Of a DNA stretch of 64,000 nucleotides, positions 58,350 to 64,000 are shown piece after piece. Numbering within the stretch: the stretch's first letter is position 1; each line of letters starts with the position of its first letter. The notes below the pieces were generated by a model. That model was not told where the DNA came from. It saw only the letters and a list, made by a program, of their open reading frames with translations, and searched no databases. The translations under genes and the position numbers were made by a program. The stretch is from Histomonas meleagridis 2922-C6/04-290x (Eukaryota > Protista > Parabasalia), in the NCBI GenBank assembly GCA_020184695.1, contig JAANOX010000003.1, forward strand, positions 1 to 64,000. Reading direction: 5' to 3'.

Positions 58350-58937
58350 TTAAAGTATCTGAAGATAAAAACCATATGTTCTCAATTCATTCTTGTTTTT
58401 TAAAAAAAACAAATAAATATCTTTAGCATTAATATCAATTCCTTTTTGTTCAAGAAGTAATTTAACTATTTCTGTATGGCCTTTTTCAGATGCGTACATA
58501 AGTGCTGTTACAAATAATTTAAATAATTTCCAAATATTATTTTTGAAATATAAAATTATTAAAAAAAAAAATTCAAATAAAACAAATAAATATCTTTGGC
58601 ATTAATATCAATTCCTTCTTGTTCAAGAAGTAATTTAACTATTTCTGTATGGCCTTTTTCAGATGCGTACATAAGTGCTGTTACAAATAATTTAAATAAT
58701 TTCCAAATATTATTTTTGAAATATAAAATTATTAAAAAAAAAAATTCAAATAAAACAAATAAATATCTTTGGCATTAATATCAATTCCTTCTTGTTCAAG
58801 AAGTAATTTAACTATTTTTGTATTAATATTTTTTGATACTTTCATAAGTGCTGTATCAAATAATTTTTATTATTTCCAATTATTATTTAAAAATAGAAAA
58901 TTATTAAAATAAATTATAAATAAAACAAAGAGATATC
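58350..58937 (-). repeat. Orphan ankyrin-module/spacer array with a recent 173-nt duplication
   Basis: Modules at 58854-58765, 58681-58592 and 58508-58419; spacers are 80, 83 and 83 nt. The last two modules differ at 2 nt. Confidence 0.85.
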
Positions 58938-59180
58938 AACTGTGCTATTTGAGAAATATTTTCCTTATTTAAATGATAAATTTTTTGTTTAATTATTTTC
59001 AGTATTTCCCATTCACTTTCCATGAAATATAATAAAATGTCATTAACGGTCATTCACTAGTGAAATGATTTTCAATACCATACGATAGGCAGTTACGAAA
59101 AATAAACGTGCGTGAAAAGAAAAAGTGACATTCTCAATTTCACTATAGTTTGTTTGGTTTAGAATAAAAAAATTAAAAAA

Positions 59181-60254
59181 ATGCTCAGATTCGACTTCTT
59201 CCCAAAATTTTTAGATGCCTCAATGATTAAAAAAACAAACTTTGGTGCACTTGTTTCAATTATCATGGTTATAACAGCAGCAGTACTATGTCTATCAGAA
59301 TCTAAAAATTATTTTTTCGCAAAGTATAAACAACAACTCGTATCTATTTCAGACGTACGTAGCTCATTATCCGATATTAAAGTTTCATATGATTTTACAG
59401 TTTCTATACCATGTCCACTTCTTCATCTTGATTTATTTGATCTTTCAGGTAGTTCAAATAATGATGCCAAGAAAACAATCAACAAGCAGCGTGTTGACAT
59501 TAATAACAACCCAATTCCGAAGAAAATATTTAGGCCTGGATTACGACGAGAATGTGGAAGTTGTTATGGTGCCGAAACCCCAACTCGAAAATGTTGTTAT
59601 ACATGTGAGGACATTATCGAAGCATATCAAAGCAAGATATGGAGCATTGGATCTATGCCAAATTGGACACAATGCATTAACGACAACATCAAATACGACG
59701 GAACCGAAAAGTGCCACGTTTCTGGCACCCTCCAAATTAACGGTGTTGAAGGTGGTTTTCATGTAGCTCCAGGGATTAATGTACTTAATCAATTTGGGCA
59801 TCAGCATGATATATCACCATTTTCTGGTAAGTTAAATTTGTCACATGAAATTGATCATTTGACTTTTGGTGATCCACTTGAAGAAGGAAATGTTGACCAT
59901 ACACGTGTCATCCAGACAAAAAGTGGTCAAATGCATTATCGATATAACTTGAAAGTCGTGCCAAAAATCATAAAAACTAGAACAGGATTGACAAAGAATC
60001 ACTTTATATATACCGTTTCTTTCGCTGAAATACCTGTCGTGGAAAGAGGAAGATTCGGCCCTGGAATATTCTTCCTTTACGACATTGCTCCGGTCGCTAT
60101 ATTACAAAAACCTGATAGGCCAAGCTTCGCAATATTCGTGGCTCGATGCGTGTCAATTATTGGTGGCGCTTTCATGCTTGGAAAGCTGATCGACTCATTC
60201 GGATACAGATTAAATACTATTGAAGGGAAAATGCGAATTGGTAAAGCTGAATAA
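59181..60254 (+). CDS. ERGIC/Erv46 family COPII cargo receptor (second paralog)
   Basis: RFDFFPK, CGSCYGAE...CCYTC, GGFHVAPG, NLSHEI, PGIFFLYD and SIIGG motifs. Confidence 0.9.
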   Translation: MLRFDFFPKFLDASMIKKTNFGALVSIIMVITAAVLCLSESKNYFFAKYKQQLVSISDVRSSLSDIKVSYDFTVSIPCPLLHLDLFDLSGSSNNDAKKTINKQRVDINNNPIPKKIFRPGLRRECGSCYGAETPTRKCCYTCEDIIEAYQSKIWSIGSMPNWTQCINDNIKYDGTEKCHVSGTLQINGVEGGFHVAPGINVLNQFGHQHDISPFSGKLNLSHEIDHLTFGDPLEEGNVDHTRVIQTKSGQMHYRYNLKVVPKIIKTRTGLTKNHFIYTVSFAEIPVVERGRFGPGIFFLYDIAPVAILQKPDRPSFAIFVARCVSIIGGAFMLGKLIDSFGYRLNTIEGKMRIGKAE

Positions 60255-60507
60255 ATTTAATCTATGCAAATGAATTCAGACTCTTATTTTTACTAAAGAT
60301 TTTGAATAAAAAATGAATTTATTAATGTTTGAGAAGAAATTCATATTATTACATTATTTATACGTTCAGTAATTCATAATTTCCAGAATGAATCTGTTAA
60401 ATTTTTAAGATTTATTCATATTCTTCAAAATTTATATTTGGTATAATTGATTAATATAAATCGTTTTTGTAACAAATTTTCCTTTAAAGTTTTTTTAAAA
60501 AGCTTGT

Positions 60508-60816
60508 TTATTCAATGAGTTGAAGAGCTTCAACGATAAGTGGATCTTCAGGAAATTGATCCTTCACATCCTTCAAAGCATTCTTAAGTTTCAACTTAAA
60601 GTCCGCGAGTCGTTTTTCAACATCCTGTAAAGTTTGTTCAGCTTCTGTTGCCATATCAACGTAACGTTTCATTTCAAGGCTTCCAGGTTCACATCCACAA
60701 TTAGCAACTTTATCCTGCGCCTCCTTCAGTTCTTTTTCGTACATAACCTTTTCCTTAGCGAGGCGTTTTACAGCGTTTAGGTTAATTTTGATTGGTCTTT
60801 GTTGCTGTGCGTTCAT
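60508..60816 (-). CDS. TBCA: Tubulin-binding cofactor A
   Basis: IKINLNAVKRLAKEKVMYEKE...EAEQTLQDVEKRL pattern, 102 aa. Confidence 0.82.
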   Translation of the reverse strand: MNAQQQRPIKINLNAVKRLAKEKVMYEKELKEAQDKVANCGCEPGSLEMKRYVDMATEAEQTLQDVEKRLADFKLKLKNALKDVKDQFPEDPLIVEALQLIE

Positions 60817-60991
60817 TGCAGAAAATGAAGAACGTTTATAATAAAACTCAAACGTACGGAGGCAAAATTCGCAAAGTTTGTTTGGAATTACTTTTTAATT
60901 GTTTACTTATTACAAATTAAAGAAGTGAGTTCACTAACTCCAATTTTGACTAAGTGCGGTTGGATATTTCTTTTTTTGGGAAAAGAAGTTC

Positions 60992-63574
60992 ATGTACAAA
61001 CATCATTACAGTGGTTTTCGTACAAGCTATGACAGTGAAAGAGAGCGTGCATTACGTGATGGCAAAACAATTCTCTCAGATGAAAACTCAATAAAATTTG
61101 TTAACATTATACTTAAAGATGATGAGAATGAACTCACAGATTTCATTTCTACAATAGATAACATTGATTCGTTGTTTTCTGTCTCATCAAAAAAAATATT
61201 TGATATACTTCGAGTATATCCAACGCTTTTATCTGTTGCATGTTTTTTCAAAGCGTTTAAATGTGTTCGGCTTCTTATTGATTGTGGAGCAAATGTTGAT
61301 GCACGTGATTATTTTGGACGAATTTGTCAACATTTTGCTGTAGCTGGTGGATCCATGGAAATCATACGGCTTCTTGACACTAATGATAGTTGGCCGCAAG
61401 TTACTGACAACACTAATCAAAGCTGTATGCATTATGCCTGTGATTATGGTCAATTAGAAGTTGTACACTATTTATGGTCCAAAGGGGTACCCCTTGACAG
61501 TCAAGGCGGTTATTATGCGGAGCACCCCATAAACTTGGCCGCTCTTAACGGGCACCTTCCAATTGTCGAGTTTCTAATCAGCAAAGGAGTTAGCCCAAAT
61601 ACCCAAGGAGTTAATCAACATTTCCATACAATTCATTTTGCGTGTCAAGGTGGTCATGCCGACATTGTCAAATATTTAATTTCTATTGGTGTCAAATTCA
61701 GAAATTCTCAGGATGACTCATCAGCAATTGTAGCAGCAGCAAAAAGCGGCTCGTTAGAAGTCATTAAAGTCTTAGCTGAAGCAGATGCACAAATTGTCAC
61801 TCCACGAAGATCTCAACAACCATTCATCGAAGCAGCACGAGGAGGTCACATTGATGTTGTCCAATACTTTCTTCAGCAAGGAATCGATGTTAACATAGTT
61901 ACTTCAGATGGGGAAACTGCATTATTTGCCGCAATACAAAACGGCGATGCGAAAATGGTCAAATTCCTTCTGAAGCATGACGCGAGTCCATGGCTGTATG
62001 GGCGATTTGGGACACCATTTGAAGAAGCAGTTCGAAAAGGAGATATGGAAATCATCAAATTGTTTGAAGAGAATTTAGGCGATGACTATGCTGATTTTTT
62101 ACAGGAAGAAGACAAATGTGTCTATTATGCAGTCAAAAAAGGCGATGTTGAATTAGTGAAATATCTATTTGATAAAGGCGCCAAAATCACCAAAGTATTC
62201 GACACAAATCAATCAAGTGGAGTTCGACATGATATTAGTGATGAAATATTTTCATATCCAATTGCAAATCATAATTTAGAAATGGTCAAATTACTTGTCG
62301 AAAATGGTGCATTAGAAGTCGAATATAAACAACGTCCAATCGAATATGCTATTGATTCAGGGGACGTAAACATAATGAATTATTTGATCGAGAATGGCGA
62401 TGACATTAAGACTGCATTTAACCATAATAATGATATAATCCAATTAGCAGCTAGCTCTGGATCATTCGAATGTTTTAAGGCAGTTTTTACTGTTTTGGAT
62501 CCAATCCTTAATTCTGGAAGAAGGAAAAAGCGCTTTGGTGAAAACATGAAATTTAAAGAGAAGTTAATAATATTAGCAATCGAAAGAATGAATTCGAATT
62601 GTGGTTATCGAAGATCATTTAATCGATTTAATAGGTTTCGAGGATTTCAAAACACTTCTAAAGATATCGAAGAAAATTGTGTCAAAATCATCGAATTCAT
62701 AATTAACTTTTATAAATTCCCTATTAAGGATAACATCGAAATATTAGAGAACGCAATTTGTTCTGGTAGTTCAATGTTAGTTAAAATGTTTATCGATTTA
62801 GGAGCTGATTTTAATATTAGAGTTCATAAAACTATTAGTCGAAAACCAAGATTCTTCGGTATGTTATATCGAAGTGATGATGAAGAAGTTGATTATCCGA
62901 TTTATTTCACTATCTTCTCTAAAAATATAATTGATAGTTCAAAGGTCGATTCTGTATATGACCTATTAATTGAAAGTGGAATTGACGTTATGCATGAAAC
63001 AGATTCTTTAGGGAGAAACATTTTGATGAATATCATAAAAACAAATTATCTAAATAATAGTCGGAAAACTATCAAATATTTCGTACAAAAAGGATCTGAT
63101 TTAAATCATTGTTCATCCTTAAATGAATCTGCTTTATCAATAGCAGTCGAACTTTTTAAAGGTCGCGTCGTTTTCAATGGATTTGGGAGAAGATACGCAG
63201 ATGAGTCAACAATGTGGATGATTAAATATTTACTAAAGAATGGTGCTGACCCGAACATTGGTCTGGTCGACGAAATGCCCATTTTCTCTGTTATCGCATC
63301 AATACCGAAATCAATTTATTTGATGCAGTTGATGTTGCGTAAAGGTGTCAATCTTGATGCGTTTGATGTGCAAACAAAAGCTGACTTTATCAAGAGTAAG
63401 CACCCGCTGATTGTAGCGTTGATCGCAAATAATATGTTCGCTGTGGAAGTGATTTTGCAAAATTTAAAGGAGATTCCAAACGGTATCAAGGCGGATATAG
63501 CTGAAATGGCTTCAGCTTATAATATAAATGAAATTAATCAGGAAATTCAAAGACTTTGCTTTGATGATCAGTAA
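60992..63574 (+). CDS. Ankyrin-repeat protein, 860 aa, uninterrupted
   Basis: Multiple TxLHxAxxxG-type repeats in one continuous ORF with normal short linkers. Confidence 0.92.
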   Translation: MYKHHYSGFRTSYDSERERALRDGKTILSDENSIKFVNIILKDDENELTDFISTIDNIDSLFSVSSKKIFDILRVYPTLLSVACFFKAFKCVRLLIDCGANVDARDYFGRICQHFAVAGGSMEIIRLLDTNDSWPQVTDNTNQSCMHYACDYGQLEVVHYLWSKGVPLDSQGGYYAEHPINLAALNGHLPIVEFLISKGVSPNTQGVNQHFHTIHFACQGGHADIVKYLISIGVKFRNSQDDSSAIVAAAKSGSLEVIKVLAEADAQIVTPRRSQQPFIEAARGGHIDVVQYFLQQGIDVNIVTSDGETALFAAIQNGDAKMVKFLLKHDASPWLYGRFGTPFEEAVRKGDMEIIKLFEENLGDDYADFLQEEDKCVYYAVKKGDVELVKYLFDKGAKITKVFDTNQSSGVRHDISDEIFSYPIANHNLEMVKLLVENGALEVEYKQRPIEYAIDSGDVNIMNYLIENGDDIKTAFNHNNDIIQLAASSGSFECFKAVFTVLDPILNSGRRKKRFGENMKFKEKLIILAIERMNSNCGYRRSFNRFNRFRGFQNTSKDIEENCVKIIEFIINFYKFPIKDNIEILENAICSGSSMLVKMFIDLGADFNIRVHKTISRKPRFFGMLYRSDDEEVDYPIYFTIFSKNIIDSSKVDSVYDLLIESGIDVMHETDSLGRNILMNIIKTNYLNNSRKTIKYFVQKGSDLNHCSSLNESALSIAVELFKGRVVFNGFGRRYADESTMWMIKYLLKNGADPNIGLVDEMPIFSVIASIPKSIYLMQLMLRKGVNLDAFDVQTKADFIKSKHPLIVALIANNMFAVEVILQNLKEIPNGIKADIAEMASAYNINEINQEIQRLCFDDQ

Positions 63575-64000
63575 ATATATTATGAAATAAAGTGTAGTTG
63601 TTTTCTCAAAACTTTTTTTTTAAATGTTTAAACTTCACAAAGAAGTTTTGCATGAAAAGTCAGCAGCCGCTTTTGGGAATTTTTGTGTTTGTTTGGCCAT
63701 AACGTGAATTGGAAGTAAATGCGCTGAACAAAATATAAATATATTCAATGGTTCACTTTATTTTATTTTTTTTTTTTTTTTTCAGGTAACAGCTTTTAAA
63801 ATATGATACTTACTATGTTTTTATATATATCTCGATAAGATCAAATTTTGTGCCTGATAGGAATTTATTGACAACATCTATTACAGAAACTTATGTATTT
63901 TGCGTTACATTTCATTGTACTTTAATCCTTAGGAAAAATTGATAAAATATCAGGATCTGGATATCAAATATAAATGATTTACATAAAATGATTGCTTAAA

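Noticed and set aside
14224-58937. Module/spacer arrays or the 134-nt array as CRISPR arrays
   Set aside because: Eukaryotic context, repeats encode ankyrin or are wholly repeated, spacers are homologous to each other, and there are no cas genes.
10061-62058. Numerous short ORFs in the track overlapping real genes in antisense or alternate frames (for example 10727..11017, 26642..26962, 53739..54266, 58205..58426)
   Set aside because: Shadow ORFs of longer recognisable CDSs or of repeats, with no family motifs.
1-64000. rRNA or tRNA genes
   Set aside because: No recognisable rRNA signature or tRNA cloverleaf (TTCGAATC/TTCAAATC with matching stems) was found by eye; tRNAscan-SE and barrnap would be needed to be certain.

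Overview
AT-rich eukaryotic genomic window, almost certainly from a parabasalid (Tritrichomonas/Histomonas/Trichomonas-like). This is inferred from an IBD (Initiator-binding domain) protein, BspA-like LRR surface proteins, DUF3447-type ankyrin genes, Trichomonas-type M2/M3/M5 promoter motifs and ultra-short GT-AG introns. The first ~9.5 kb is gene-poor and holds decayed mobile-element remnants, including a Merlin/IS1595-type transposase pseudogene. A complete non-autonomous Merlin element (TIRs plus 8-bp TSD) sits at 12651-13799. The rest is gene-dense housekeeping sequence: four ribosomal proteins, PTPA, an ARL GTPase, importin-beta-like, exportin-7-like, glucokinase, RBM42-like, a kinase, two ERGIC proteins, SMC6, Rab11, TBCA and an ankyrin protein. 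The most unusual signal is at five separate loci, where each 30-codon ankyrin module is separated from the next by an AT-rich spacer of strongly conserved length (9 of 15 exactly 80 nt, 12 of 15 equal to 2 mod 3). These spacers break the reading frame and have no GT-AG ends, while the modules stay stop-free. This is a candidate non-canonical intron or recoding system. Three canonical 22-25-nt spliceosomal introns were also found by hand. No rRNA, tRNA or CRISPR array was recognised. All calls are by eye, without database searches.
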